Source: an uncultured Candidatus Poseidoniales archaeon (lineage in GTDB: Archaea > Thermoplasmatota > Poseidoniia > Poseidoniales > Poseidoniaceae). Taken from it: 64,000 bases of DNA. Made by a program: the position numbers and the translations under genes. The stretch lies in the NCBI GenBank assembly GCA_964015875.1, contig CAXHEV010000009.1:7497-71496 (forward strand), read 5' to 3'. The stretch's first letter is position 1. The number at the start of each line of letters is the position of its first letter. Shown piece by piece: positions 10,266 through 20,374 of this stretch. The notes under the pieces were generated by a model, which saw only the letters and a program-made list of their open reading frames with translations, was not told the origin of the DNA and ran no database searches.

Positions 10266-12857
10266 TTAGCCTTCGATGATTGTGCCGTCGCTGACTTCAA
10301 CGACTTGCTCCTTATTTCGAGCAGAAAGTTCGACCAGAACAGGAAGCAAAATCAGAGATAAAATCAACGAAAAGAAGACCGTCACGGCCGTAATGAGTCC
10401 GAAGTCTTGAATCACAGGCATTGGAGAAAACAAGAGGACCATGAATCCAAATCCGGTGGTCATCGCACTCATGATCAAAGCCACACCGGTGGTTGACAAT
10501 GCAGCTCTAAGCGCTTCCCAATGGGTGTCCCTTCGTGCTAATTCCACTTCGAAACGGCGCCACATGTGGATTGAATAATCGATGCCGATACCTAGAGTGA
10601 GGGCCGTCACCATCACCGTGAGAACGTTCCATTTTAGACCCAATGCCATCATCGAACCTGCGACCCAAAGGGAAGCTAATGCGACAGGGAACAGCACCAC
10701 AATTGCAGGTAAAACCCGTCGTGTCAACAGCAAAAGGACAACGCTCGACACGACGAGGGAGATGACCGTTGTTTCGACTTGCGACACACTGAGTCCATCA
10801 AGCACCGTTTGCAGAACCACCAAATCGCCAGTGACGTGAAGTTGTGCGTGGTCTGCGAGGTTATCACGAAGGGTTCCCCGCTCGTCATCCGAACCCAATT
10901 CACGTTCGACTTGAGTGATCACACGCTCGGCTTGGGTCGAGGTTGAGGCTTCAACTCGCACTTCATTTCGAATGTAGGTAATGCCTGTTTCATCAAGTGC
11001 AACCGTTTGAGACACACGCTGTGACCACGTTTCCCCGCTGATTGCATCAGCAACGCTCGTATTGCTCGAAAGCGAACGGAAAACCTCTGCGAGATTGCAA
11101 CCAAGTGATGAATCGATGACATAGACGTCGCCATCATAGACCTCAAGATTGTGGGCTTCACCAAACGAGGTGTTTCTTAGGATGGCATCTCGTAACACAA
11201 CATAAGGTCCTTCATAGGCTGGCGAAGGTATACGTTCATCGGTTCCAACCACGTCATGGTTCGAGGTTAAATCTTGATGAAGACCTTGAATTTGTTCCAG
11301 CAATACTGAATCACCTGGAATGTGCGATTCACCTTCGACCGGTTCAAACAAGATGTAGAGAAGCTTCCACCCAGCACTATCGTAATTCGAATTTAAGTCA
11401 TCTCTCACGCTCATTATTTCCATATCCGGATCAACGAAGTCGCCCAAATCGAAATCTGTTTCCAGTGATGCTGCCCCGAACACAGAAGCTGCGGAAATGA
11501 AGATAGCAACAAGCAAAACACCGACTTGTTGCTTCTGCTGTAATGCGACGATTCTGTCGACTAACCTTGGCATCGTGATGGGTTGTGTTTCCAGTTTAAC
11601 AGCAAAGCCTCGGACGACGACGTGCAAGGAGCCGACCACGACGGTCGCCGAAAGAAACGCACAAACGACACCAAAGGCCAGAGCATAGCCAAAGGTCGCC
11701 AAAGGTGGAAGAGGCGAAATAATGTTGGCAAGGAACGCTGCAACCGTAGTGACTACCGCCAACAAAAGGGGCACAGAAAGTCGAGCACAGGACCGCAACC
11801 AAGCCTCAGCTGGATCTTCGTGTTCCTTACGAATAGCAGAATAGGCTCGCTGAAGGTGAATGGCATAATCAATACCCAAACCAAGAACGAGGGGTGCCAC
11901 AGCAACCTCCAGCGCCGTAAATTGCGCACCGAGGAGATTCATGACGCCATAGGTCCAAATCAATGCAGAAGACAAACCAATCAGCGGGAACAAGACGTCA
12001 GGTACAGATCGGAATGCAATAGCAAGAAGGACCACGACCACCAGAAGCGCAAGAACGATCAACAAAGCAAGATTCTCGAAGGTGCCTGCATCGATATCAT
12101 ATGAAATCAAGTCCAATGAAACGACTCCATAATTCAAGGAAGACGTCGCCGACAACTCTTCAAACTCAGAACGAAGATCATCTTGAAGGATCTTTCGATG
12201 TTGTTCTTCGAGGTTTGGATCAACCTCGAGCACCCACAATGTCGAAGAGGCCGTAGGGGCCGCACTGCCGTTTCCAGTCTCCAGATACGAACATGTTGAG
12301 TCAATCGACAAGTCCTTGTTCAAGAGGGCAGATGAAGCATAGGTTGCAGCAGACAACAACTGGTCATCGCTTGTCATCGTACATGTGGTGTCGTCCTCGA
12401 AAATCAATTCCAGCATGTGCTCCCAAGAGGTGACGTTTGCCAACGGTATGCCATCTGCTTCTTCGTCCAAACTCAGTTGAACAATACCAGGAGCAGTGGT
12501 CCATACCGAAATCATATCGCCACGAGCACGGGATTCATCTTCGATGACAGAAAGATGCTGGTCCATGAGTTTGATATTTTCTATAGAAAGTATATTAGAG
12601 CCGTCATCAGCAGTGACTTCAATGAACAGCGGACGGGTTTCATTGGGAAAATATTCGTGGATGCGTTCATGGGCATCATTGGCTTCAGAGTCCGGCGCAA
12701 ATTCTCCGAGATCAGTATTGAAATTTGGTGGAGAAGTGGCTAAATGAGCCATCAGTCCGAGCGTGATAAGCCCGGTCACAATGAGGATAGGGAGGGCCGA
12801 GCGTTGGAAGATACCAGCACTTTTGGCCATCTTGGCCTCGAGAGCGGAAGTATCCAT
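10266..12857 (-). CDS. MMPL/RND (HAE3-type) transporter
   Basis: Two repeats with GLGIDYAIH and GIGIDYSIH; about 12 TMs and two extracellular loops. Confidence 0.92.
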   Translation of the reverse strand: MDTSALEAKMAKSAGIFQRSALPILIVTGLITLGLMAHLATSPPNFNTDLGEFAPDSEANDAHERIHEYFPNETRPLFIEVTADDGSNILSIENIKLMDQHLSVIEDESRARGDMISVWTTAPGIVQLSLDEEADGIPLANVTSWEHMLELIFEDDTTCTMTSDDQLLSAATYASSALLNKDLSIDSTCSYLETGNGSAAPTASSTLWVLEVDPNLEEQHRKILQDDLRSEFEELSATSSLNYGVVSLDLISYDIDAGTFENLALLIVLALLVVVVLLAIAFRSVPDVLFPLIGLSSALIWTYGVMNLLGAQFTALEVAVAPLVLGLGIDYAIHLQRAYSAIRKEHEDPAEAWLRSCARLSVPLLLAVVTTVAAFLANIISPLPPLATFGYALAFGVVCAFLSATVVVGSLHVVVRGFAVKLETQPITMPRLVDRIVALQQKQQVGVLLVAIFISAASVFGAASLETDFDLGDFVDPDMEIMSVRDDLNSNYDSAGWKLLYILFEPVEGESHIPGDSVLLEQIQGLHQDLTSNHDVVGTDERIPSPAYEGPYVVLRDAILRNTSFGEAHNLEVYDGDVYVIDSSLGCNLAEVFRSLSSNTSVADAISGETWSQRVSQTVALDETGITYIRNEVRVEASTSTQAERVITQVERELGSDDERGTLRDNLADHAQLHVTGDLVVLQTVLDGLSVSQVETTVISLVVSSVVLLLLTRRVLPAIVVLFPVALASLWVAGSMMALGLKWNVLTVMVTALTLGIGIDYSIHMWRRFEVELARRDTHWEALRAALSTTGVALIMSAMTTGFGFMVLLFSPMPVIQDFGLITAVTVFFSLILSLILLPVLVELSARNKEQVVEVSDGTIIEG

Positions 12858-13049
12858 GCGGTTTCCCAACTCAAAGCACTACAAAAGGAAGGGGGTTGCT
12901 TGGCATCAAATCAGCCTGCTTTCGCACAAGTCCTCTCTCCATCTCAGCGCTCCACTGGAGCGGAATTATTCATAGCATTCAATCATTGAGCGCTTGGTGG
13001 TTTTGGGAGAAGGTTCAAAACAAGTAGGCCAGTGGCCGAACTGGTCATC

Positions 13050-13307
13050 ATGCCTGTGAAACTGCTCCTTCGAGAAAAGAATGAACTGCGCCTCCGCATT
13101 ATCGGCGAAAGCCACACCGCTTTGCAGATGCTCCGAGAGCGACTCAACAGCCACAAGAACGTCGAGTACGCCAACTACTTCCCAGGTCACCCAGAATTGG
13201 ATGACCCAGAATTCTACATTCGAACAACTGGCAAGAACGCCTCCGACAAAATCCTCCGTGATCTCGTCGCCGGTCTTGCTGATGAATTTGAAAAGATTAC
13301 CCTGTGA
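13050..13307 (+). CDS. rpoL: DNA-directed RNA polymerase subunit L (Rpo11)
   Basis: IGESHT...LRERL...VEYANY..GHPELD.PEFYIRT. Confidence 0.92.
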   Translation: MPVKLLLREKNELRLRIIGESHTALQMLRERLNSHKNVEYANYFPGHPELDDPEFYIRTTGKNASDKILRDLVAGLADEFEKITL

Positions 13308-14725
13308 ACGGGGTGCTTGAATTGACCGCTTGGACCGATTCCTTGGCTGAAGCCATCGGATTGGACGGTTACGCTACCAAAACGTTAGGCATTGGCGGCG
13401 TCTTGAAAGCACGAGTCACTGACTTTCGAGTTGAAGAAATCTCAACTTCGATTCACATGGATAACAAAGGTCGCTTCACTGTGGCCAAAATCACCCTTAC
13501 CAATTGGGAAACAAACAGGTTTTGCAATAACCTTGCCAAGGCATTGAAGATTCCACGCAACAGAATTTTCTTTGCGGGAACAAAAGATAAGCGTGCTGTA
13601 ACCCAACAGCTGTTTGTGATTGATGCGCCCCAACGGAAAGTTGCTGAAGTTGAGATGCCCGATGTTGAAATCGAAGTGCTTGGACGAACCCATCAAAAAA
13701 TTGGTTTCGGAAACCACCGCGGAAACCGATTCACCATTGTCGTACGCGGTTGCGCCCATGACGATGGCACCCCTATGAGCAAAGAGGATGCCTTAGAGGA
13801 AGTTGGAAAAATTCAATCTGAAATGACAGAAAAATTAGGCGAGAACACATTTCCTAACTGGATCGGACCGCAACGGTTTGGTTCAGGTCGGCCTGTGACT
13901 GCTGAAGTTGGTAAGCATGTCATTGCTGAAGATTGGGAGCAAGCCGTGATGACCTACATCGCCATGGAAGGTACATCTGAGAATGAGGATGTCCAAGCTT
14001 TTAGGGCTCATGTTAGAGAACACGGTCCAACTGAAGAAGGACTGACCCTCGCCCCGCAGTGGCTAGGTTTCGAGCGTCGTATGGTAGAACATCTGCTTCA
14101 CCGTGAAGAGGATTATGTTGGTGCCTTCAAGAAACTTCCAGGTAATCTCCAACTTATGACAGTGCATGCATTGCAATCCGTTGTGTTCAACAAAGCATTG
14201 CACGCCCGAATTGATGCGGGTTTGCCAATCAGCCGTCCTGTGGCTGGTGATTTGGTTGGACGTATTGATGAGAAGGGACAGCTCGATGCCTCAAGTTGCG
14301 TTCATGTTGAAGAACGAACCTTGCCAAGAATTTCTCGAAACTGTTCCATGGGTCGCTTGGTGACCACGGGCCCGCTTCCTGGCAGTGAGATTCACACCTG
14401 TGATGGAGAATCTGGGACCATTGAGGCATCGGTCATCAGAGGTATGAACCTCGATAGTGCAGATTGGAACGTTGAAGCGATTCCACGCCTCTCCACTCGA
14501 GGGACTCGAAGAGCACTGGTTACTGAGTTCAACGAACTTTCTATTGATACCGTTCCAATTGCGAACGATGACTCGATGGGCGAGCGATGGAAAGCAGGTC
14601 CGGGTGAGAACAGCCGATGGCATCCGGAAGGCGCGTGTATACGCTTCCGATTTGTCCTGTCAAGTGGAAGTTACGCCACCACATTATTGCGGGAATTCAT
14701 GCAAGGGCCATTGAGTCAACTCTAA
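13304..14725 (+). CDS. truD: tRNA pseudouridine(13) synthase TruD
   Basis: DFRVEE, AGTKDKRAVTQQ, GNRFTI, PNWIGPQRFG, LSSGSYAT. Confidence 0.95.
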   Translation: MNGVLELTAWTDSLAEAIGLDGYATKTLGIGGVLKARVTDFRVEEISTSIHMDNKGRFTVAKITLTNWETNRFCNNLAKALKIPRNRIFFAGTKDKRAVTQQLFVIDAPQRKVAEVEMPDVEIEVLGRTHQKIGFGNHRGNRFTIVVRGCAHDDGTPMSKEDALEEVGKIQSEMTEKLGENTFPNWIGPQRFGSGRPVTAEVGKHVIAEDWEQAVMTYIAMEGTSENEDVQAFRAHVREHGPTEEGLTLAPQWLGFERRMVEHLLHREEDYVGAFKKLPGNLQLMTVHALQSVVFNKALHARIDAGLPISRPVAGDLVGRIDEKGQLDASSCVHVEERTLPRISRNCSMGRLVTTGPLPGSEIHTCDGESGTIEASVIRGMNLDSADWNVEAIPRLSTRGTRRALVTEFNELSIDTVPIANDDSMGERWKAGPGENSRWHPEGACIRFRFVLSSGSYATTLLREFMQGPLSQL

Positions 14726-14743
14726 GCAACTCAATCTCTGCGA

Positions 14744-15328
14744 TCATTGTTTTTTTGTTGGAATCAATCCCTCAACCTTCTGAAGCACCCTTCCTTCGAA
14801 GACCGTGATTTTTTCAGCCAAACCGGATGTCTTTGTTGCATTCTCTTTCCACAATGGGACCATCGATGTCCATATGCCCTCGTTTTTCAATCGAGAATAA
14901 ATCGCAGCAAGAACGTGAACGGCGATCAGCACGTAGCTTAAATCTGCAGCAAAACCATGCACGCCAATGACACCATCCATTAGAGGGCCATCCACGATGC
15001 CACGTCTGAATAAGGCCGCAATCGCCAACCCAGTAAGGGGCAGCAATACAAGACAGAAGTACATCAACCTGTGAACGGTTTTTGCGAGATATTTGTGAAT
15101 TAAGGGCACAGGTTCGGTTGCGCCAAGAAATGTTTCGAAACGACTCATGTAGAAATATCGGATCAAGACAATCAGAAGAAAGACACTGGCAAAGATGACC
15201 TCAAACACAAGCAAGCCTGTGTCTTCAAGTTGCTCGAGATCCTCTATTTGCTTGAAAATCCCGTAGGCATAGAGAATCACAAAAGCCCAGTGAATGAACT
15301 TGGCCAATAATGTATGTGAGCGTCCCAT
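14744..15328 (-). CDS. Cytochrome b561-like (cytochrome b/b6 domain) membrane protein
   Basis: Four TMs with conserved His (IHW, VHRLMY, GVHG, VHVLAA). Confidence 0.8.
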   Translation of the reverse strand: MGRSHTLLAKFIHWAFVILYAYGIFKQIEDLEQLEDTGLLVFEVIFASVFLLIVLIRYFYMSRFETFLGATEPVPLIHKYLAKTVHRLMYFCLVLLPLTGLAIAALFRRGIVDGPLMDGVIGVHGFAADLSYVLIAVHVLAAIYSRLKNEGIWTSMVPLWKENATKTSGLAEKITVFEGRVLQKVEGLIPTKKQ

Positions 15329-15383
15329 TAAACGACCCTCCTGAGGCGATTAAAACAAAGCCCCAGTGTTCTCTTATGTTGGC

Positions 15384-15656
15384 TCAAATGAGGCCCATTG
15401 AAAGAACTTCGATCTCTCCAACACCGTGGATTTCAGACATACGTCCTTCCAAGGCATCAGCCAGACCTTCTCCGTCGTTCATGACCACGTGGACTTGAAC
15501 AAACTTGAGGCCAAACGCAAGAGGTTTGACTTCGACGGATTGAATGTTGTAGACATCATCACCCATTGCAGAGATGGTTGTGGCGATTGCATCTGCATCG
15601 ACATCCTCGACATCAGAGTCAGGATTGATTTTGTATGTCATGACTACCATACCCAT
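15384..15656 (-). CDS. ef1b: Translation elongation factor 1-beta
   Basis: YKINP...VKPLAFGLK..V.VVMNDGEG..D.LE. Confidence 0.95.
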   Translation of the reverse strand: MGMVVMTYKINPDSDVEDVDADAIATTISAMGDDVYNIQSVEVKPLAFGLKFVQVHVVMNDGEGLADALEGRMSEIHGVGEIEVLSMGLI

Positions 15657-15665
15657 ACAATCACC

Positions 15666-15833
15666 TCAGGGCCCCTGGTATCCACAGGATGGACAGACGT
15701 AAATCACGCCTTGGTTTCTGCAGCGCGGGCTGCGGCCAATAGGTGCACCGCACCCTGGGCATGGAAATGTGGTGGAACCGGTTTCTTCCAAAGGAACGCC
15801 GGATGATGTACAGTTCGTTGCTCTCTCACTCAT
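15666..15833 (-). CDS. DUF1610/HVO_2753-family zinc-finger protein (55 aa)
   Basis: Manual translation MSERATNCTSSGVPLEETGSTTFPCPGCGAPIGRSPRCRNQGVIYVCPSCGYQGP; typical position upstream of EF-1beta. Below the ORF-track size cutoff. Confidence 0.9.
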   Translation of the reverse strand: MSERATNCTSSGVPLEETGSTTFPCPGCGAPIGRSPRCRNQGVIYVCPSCGYQGP

Positions 15834-15958
15834 AATGGACCCTCAGGAACATTTCGCCCACGCCCTCCCCTTCTTTATGGTTGCGTGCTCCGTCACCTCT
15901 TTCGCGTTGCTCGACTCGAGACTAAGATAGCATTGAAATCAGAGGACTGCTCAGGAGT

Positions 15959-16327
15959 TCATCGATCTAAAACGGTCAGACTGCCTTCAGTTCCGGTGCT
16001 GATGACCAATTCGCCATTTCGGCGACGACACCACCCGTTGGTCATCCTCACAATGTCCCCCACATGGATGCGTTCAGTTTGTTCACCCCACAACACCATT
16101 CCGATGATACCGGACTCATCACGACCACATGCCGCAGCGACCTTGCCGGTATAGTTGGGTGAGGCTATTCGCCGTACAGGATAGATCCTAAGCATGACCA
16201 ATTCAACCCTATGGACTGGAGCATTGTTGCGTAAATCTGCACAGCGCTGTCGTGCTGCTCGTGGGTGTTCATGGCTAAGGGTGCTGGTGGTTAGTTTGCG
16301 TTTCATGGCCAGACGACTTAGCCTCAA
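15959..16327 (-). CDS. Single OB-fold ssDNA-binding (RPA/SSB-like) protein
   Basis: GRDESGIIGMVLWGEQ...VGDIVRMTNGW...GEL.ISTG..GSL. Start uncertain. Confidence 0.75.
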   Translation of the reverse strand: MRLSRLAMKRKLTTSTLSHEHPRAARQRCADLRNNAPVHRVELVMLRIYPVRRIASPNYTGKVAAACGRDESGIIGMVLWGEQTERIHVGDIVRMTNGWCRRRNGELVISTGTEGSLTVLDR

Positions 16328-16338
16328 CCCGTTTCAAA

Positions 16339-17076
16339 CTATTCGGATTTCTTCCTTCGAACGGAAAAAGATGACTTGATGATTTCAGGGCCTTCATCGA
16401 CATCATCGCCTCCAAGCTTCAGGTTGAGTGCGGTTTCATACGCTTCACGTACGGCAAATGTCTTTGCTTTCCAAGGCATAAAATTACGACAAATAAGGTA
16501 GACCTCTGATGAAGAATTGCGTGAGGCGTGGGGGGCATATCGACGCACATCGGAAAAGAAAGGTTTCACTGCAACGATGAGTTCCTCAACCCCAACGCCT
16601 TGGAATAATTTTGTTGTAAACGAACCACCTTTGCATAACAGGGGTAAGGCGAAATCAAAAACTTGGGCGACTAATGTCATAGCCACGGCTTGATCCATAT
16701 CCCACTTCCCAGTGATGTTTGGAGAGATATCTGAAACCACAGCATTGAGTGGTCTGCCGTTTAATTCGGTCAGCATCCGTTCCTGTGTATGCGGGTCGGT
16801 AATATCGCCAGTCAGCAACAATGCACCTTCGACAGGTTGACAGGGTTCAAGGTCAACACCGAGCACAAATCCGGATTCACCAACAAGTTCCATCCCAACT
16901 TGGGCCCAACCACCCGGGTGGCAGCCAACATCAAGGATCACATCGCCTTCTCGAATCAAGTTGAAGCGTTCTTGAATCTGTTTCAATTTGAACGCTGAAC
17001 GTGACCTGTAGCCGCTGGCTTTGGCTTGTCTTCGCCACGAATCACGCTTATGATTTTCAATCCAATGATCAGCCAT
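16339..17076 (-). CDS. rlmE: 23S rRNA (uridine2552-2'-O)-methyltransferase RlmE
   Basis: GYRSRSAFKLKQI, LDVGCHPGGW, VSDISPNITG, ASRNSSSEVY. Start MADHW at 17076. Confidence 0.95.
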   Translation of the reverse strand: MADHWIENHKRDSWRRQAKASGYRSRSAFKLKQIQERFNLIREGDVILDVGCHPGGWAQVGMELVGESGFVLGVDLEPCQPVEGALLLTGDITDPHTQERMLTELNGRPLNAVVSDISPNITGKWDMDQAVAMTLVAQVFDFALPLLCKGGSFTTKLFQGVGVEELIVAVKPFFSDVRRYAPHASRNSSSEVYLICRNFMPWKAKTFAVREAYETALNLKLGGDDVDEGPEIIKSSFSVRRKKSE

Positions 17077-17180
17077 TTGACACCCTCCTATGTCATGCTT
17101 GTTTTCGACCTGTTGAAGAAACCTCGCCTCGATTAGGTGCTGAACAAAGGGATGAAGGAGGTCGCCCGCCTCGCCGAAGC

Positions 17181-18152
17181 ATGGCAGACCATCGCGAACC
17201 CTCACGCCGTTCAAACGGCCTGTGGGTGCTCGTGCTGGCCATCGGCCTTTTGCAAATGCCAATGATGGTCCAAGGCATGGTCGTCGATCCGAGTCAATCC
17301 CTGACTGATGGAATCGAGACAAATCTGCGTGGCCAAAGTGTGCTCATTGAGGAATTGACGACGACATGGTGCGAATCATGCGCTGAAATTGATCCTTATT
17401 TGATGGGAGTTGCCGATTCGCACGGTTCTCGTATCGCCATGGTTGCCTACCACCCAGATGACGGAGAAGATGCCTTTGCTCCTGAAGCTGCGCAACACCG
17501 CATTGAACGTTTGAGAACGGTCAATCCTGACCTGCCAGGCACACCGACATTCATGGTCGAAGGTGGCGCTTATCGTACTGGGACCGATGCTTGGGTCGAG
17601 GTTCAAAGGGATATTCTTGATGAGGAAATACAACGTCAATCACATACCAAATTACAACTTAGGATACAAAGCGACGGGGATATGATCACAGCCAAACTGA
17701 TTGACTTTGAAGGCCGCGCAATGAACACCACACAACTTACATTCATGGTGCTCCAACACAACAAGCAGGTACCAGATGAGGCCATCAACCCTGGAGGTGA
17801 CACCAGAGACCGAGTTGTTGTAGCAACGGCTGAGTGCGAGATTGGCACTGGAACCATCACCACAAGCATTGGCGTGGCGAACGCAAGCGTAAATCAAGGC
17901 TGTACTGCAGATTTCTCAATTGAATTTACCGCGCTTGAATCATTTAGCGTGGTTCTCATACACGAACACACGGAAGCATCACTTGATTCAAGAGATGATT
18001 TAGGCACTTATGGAGCGATTGAGTTTGCCTACAGAGAGCGCCAATCATCCGAGGCGTGGAGCCCCGCATGGCTGGTGCTTGGAGCATTTGCAGCAGTAGG
18101 TTTGCTGGTTTTCCAAAAGAAAGAAGATAATTCTCAAAAAGTGGAAGAATAG
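17181..18152 (+). CDS. Secreted thioredoxin-fold protein (CESC) with Ig-like domain and C-terminal TM
   Basis: Signal/TM; ELTTTWCESC; GTPTF cis-Pro loop; C-terminal TM followed by KK. Confidence 0.75.
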   Translation: MADHREPSRRSNGLWVLVLAIGLLQMPMMVQGMVVDPSQSLTDGIETNLRGQSVLIEELTTTWCESCAEIDPYLMGVADSHGSRIAMVAYHPDDGEDAFAPEAAQHRIERLRTVNPDLPGTPTFMVEGGAYRTGTDAWVEVQRDILDEEIQRQSHTKLQLRIQSDGDMITAKLIDFEGRAMNTTQLTFMVLQHNKQVPDEAINPGGDTRDRVVVATAECEIGTGTITTSIGVANASVNQGCTADFSIEFTALESFSVVLIHEHTEASLDSRDDLGTYGAIEFAYRERQSSEAWSPAWLVLGAFAAVGLLVFQKKEDNSQKVEE

Positions 18153-18243
18153 TTCGCCTTTCGGAAATAATTTACCGAAATGCGGAAGAAAAGTGAAGCA
18201 TTTGCACGCAGGATTGATAAGATAGTAAGAACAAAACAATACC

Positions 18244-18513
18244 ATGGCAAAAACATGGGAAGACGTCACATGGGAAGATAGTGAGCCGCTCAAAGAGTGG
18301 TCGGTTGAATACCTGGTGTCGATCAATGAAGACCAGCACCACCACCTCAGCGTACTTTGGGGCGAAGATCACCAGGCAGTGCAGCGAAACTTACTCGCTG
18401 AACTCAAGCGAACCTACAGCGGGAGTGAACGAATCGATGTGACTGTCCTTCGAATGGAAGAGGTGACCCTCGATGTTGACGCCCAATTCTTTGAAGGATG
18501 CTTTACGCCCTAA
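18244..18513 (+). CDS. Hypothetical protein
   Basis: 89-aa ORF filling the gap; protein-like acidic composition. Confidence 0.65.
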   Translation: MAKTWEDVTWEDSEPLKEWSVEYLVSINEDQHHHLSVLWGEDHQAVQRNLLAELKRTYSGSERIDVTVLRMEEVTLDVDAQFFEGCFTP

Positions 18514-19059
18514 TCAGATTGCTTGGTAGTGAATTTCAATGGTTTCACCGTTTTGAAGAAGATACTCGTCAAAGGACGTGACCCGGTTCTCCTCAGAAGC
18601 GACTCCACCCGATGCTATGACATGCATTCGCATTTCGTGGGTGTCATTGACTCTGTGATCGAAGATGCCTGTTTCATCAAAATGGACACCCCATATGTCA
18701 AAGAACACGCCAAGCGGAACATCACCGGCTTCGTTCAACTCGATGTGAAGTGTTCCTTCGTCACCGTGCGTGTGGACTGCATGCATGTTCTCACCTTCGC
18801 TATTACAGACGCCACTGTTGATTCCGATTAATCCAGGGACTGTTTCTGGCTCCCCATCGATGAAGATTTTCAATGCTACGTGATCGTGACGGGCAAGACC
18901 AGAGTGATCAAGGCACTCAAAGGCAAGAGGATCGGGGTCATCTGCTGTCGAAAAGAGAGCTTCAACATCCTCATCCGAAGATGATTGGCCAAGTAACAAT
19001 AGAAGACCGAGGACAGCCGTAGCGGTGATGATAATCCAGAGAAGTTGATCACGGGCCAC
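18514..19059 (-). CDS. Membrane-anchored His-rich protein (HxH...HTH..G..H domain)
   Basis: N-terminal TM; RHDHVAL, MHAVHTHGDEGTLHIE, LGVFFDIWG. Confidence 0.7.
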   Translation of the reverse strand: MARDQLLWIIITATAVLGLLLLLGQSSSDEDVEALFSTADDPDPLAFECLDHSGLARHDHVALKIFIDGEPETVPGLIGINSGVCNSEGENMHAVHTHGDEGTLHIELNEAGDVPLGVFFDIWGVHFDETGIFDHRVNDTHEMRMHVIASGGVASEENRVTSFDEYLLQNGETIEIHYQAI

Positions 19060-19068
19060 ATAATCACC

Positions 19069-19668
19069 TCATTCTTCCCAAGATTTTTCTCCGTGCATGG
19101 ACCTGAGTTGCCAGAATCCAGCAAGGGCTACAATGTTAGCGACGTGAGCTGTGGTGCAAAACTGACACAGTTTCTCCATTTCGATTTCGTAAGAAACAAG
19201 AAGTCCAATTACGCCCAATCCGGCAAAAGTTACGAGCGTTCCATAGTTGAGGAAATTTTTTGCCCACGTGGCGTTTGGTTCTTTCGAGATTGAGTAGGAT
19301 AAAAACAACAAGGCCGTGAAGGTCACAAATCCTACCATGCCCCAAGGTATGTCGAGGATTGGCATAGTGTTGTACTGGGCATTGCCGATGACATCATCGC
19401 ATGAGAAGATCGTATCAGATGCGCAAAAGTTTGCACCCTCACTCACCTTTGCGTGAATCCACTGGGTTTGTACAGAAACTGCCAAACCTCCAAGCAGCGT
19501 GAAGTTGAGTCCGCTCAGCAGACGTCCTCGCTTTGTGGCAAAGGAAGGAAATCGCTCGCTTAGTGCGACAAAAGAACCGCTTGTAAATGGAACAATCAGA
19601 AGCAAGCCAAGCAGAATCGGAATACCGTAGCCAATTAAGAGTAGGGTTGTGCTCAAATCAAGCACCAC
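19069..19668 (-). CDS. Vitamin K epoxide reductase (VKOR) family protein
   Basis: Loop cysteines CASDTIFSC and active-site CQFC within a TM bundle. Confidence 0.92.
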   Translation of the reverse strand: MVLDLSTTLLLIGYGIPILLGLLLIVPFTSGSFVALSERFPSFATKRGRLLSGLNFTLLGGLAVSVQTQWIHAKVSEGANFCASDTIFSCDDVIGNAQYNTMPILDIPWGMVGFVTFTALLFLSYSISKEPNATWAKNFLNYGTLVTFAGLGVIGLLVSYEIEMEKLCQFCTTAHVANIVALAGFWQLRSMHGEKSWEE

Positions 19669-20374
19669 CAGCGTTATCCGTAGTCACGAGGTAAACAATA
19701 GCATCGATGAAGGTGTTTTGTTCACCATCACCATTTACATCGCCCAAATTAGTGCCACCGTTCGAGACCCATGCGATGATTCCATCTGGTTGAATCAAAA
19801 AGTAGGTTGGTGTACCTCGAATGTCCCACTCGTCCATGTTGTCTTGATCGATGTCATCGATGTAGGTGACGTATTCGTGTGCTGAACCACCCCGATTGGC
19901 GCAGTCTTGGCCAGCACAGGTGTAGCCTGTTGACTTGTCTCTAAAGGCTGCGATTTCAGCCCGTGAAGTTTCGTGATTTTGTATGTCAAGTTGTGTTGCA
20001 CTTGCAAAGAAATCAACCTGAGCACCGTTCCAGTCAGGGTTGCTGTCCCTGAAGATTTCAGATGCTTCCCCATAGAGGTCTGCTGAAGTTACACAGTATG
20101 GACAATCGGTATCCATGAATTCAATCATCACCCAATTGCTGGAAGAATTCCCATCCCAGCCAGAATCAAATTGCGCTGAAAAATCGAACGACGACCATTC
20201 GTTTCCGGCGTAAGCGGCTCCATCGAGTAGAGGAGCACGCTCGCCTTCCTTGGTTCCTGTAGCCACTGGATCTGTTGTAAAAGCAAGAATCAAAATGCCA
20301 ACGAAAAATAAGGCAGAAATTTTCAGGAATGAATCCCCAAGTGTGCTCGCTTCGTCATCGTATATGTGTTTCAT
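19658..20374 (-). CDS. Membrane-anchored thioredoxin/DsbA-like protein (CPYC)
   Basis: N-terminal TM; EFMDTDCPYC; IRGTPTYF; DVNGDG Ca-type loop. Confidence 0.8.
   Translation of the reverse strand: MKHIYDDEASTLGDSFLKISALFFVGILILAFTTDPVATGTKEGERAPLLDGAAYAGNEWSSFDFSAQFDSGWDGNSSSNWVMIEFMDTDCPYCVTSADLYGEASEIFRDSNPDWNGAQVDFFASATQLDIQNHETSRAEIAAFRDKSTGYTCAGQDCANRGGSAHEYVTYIDDIDQDNMDEWDIRGTPTYFLIQPDGIIAWVSNGGTNLGDVNGDGEQNTFIDAIVYLVTTDNAGGA

Noticed and set aside
17074-17192. Divergent genes both beginning MADH
   Set aside because: Codons differ and there is no extended inverted repeat; coincidence.
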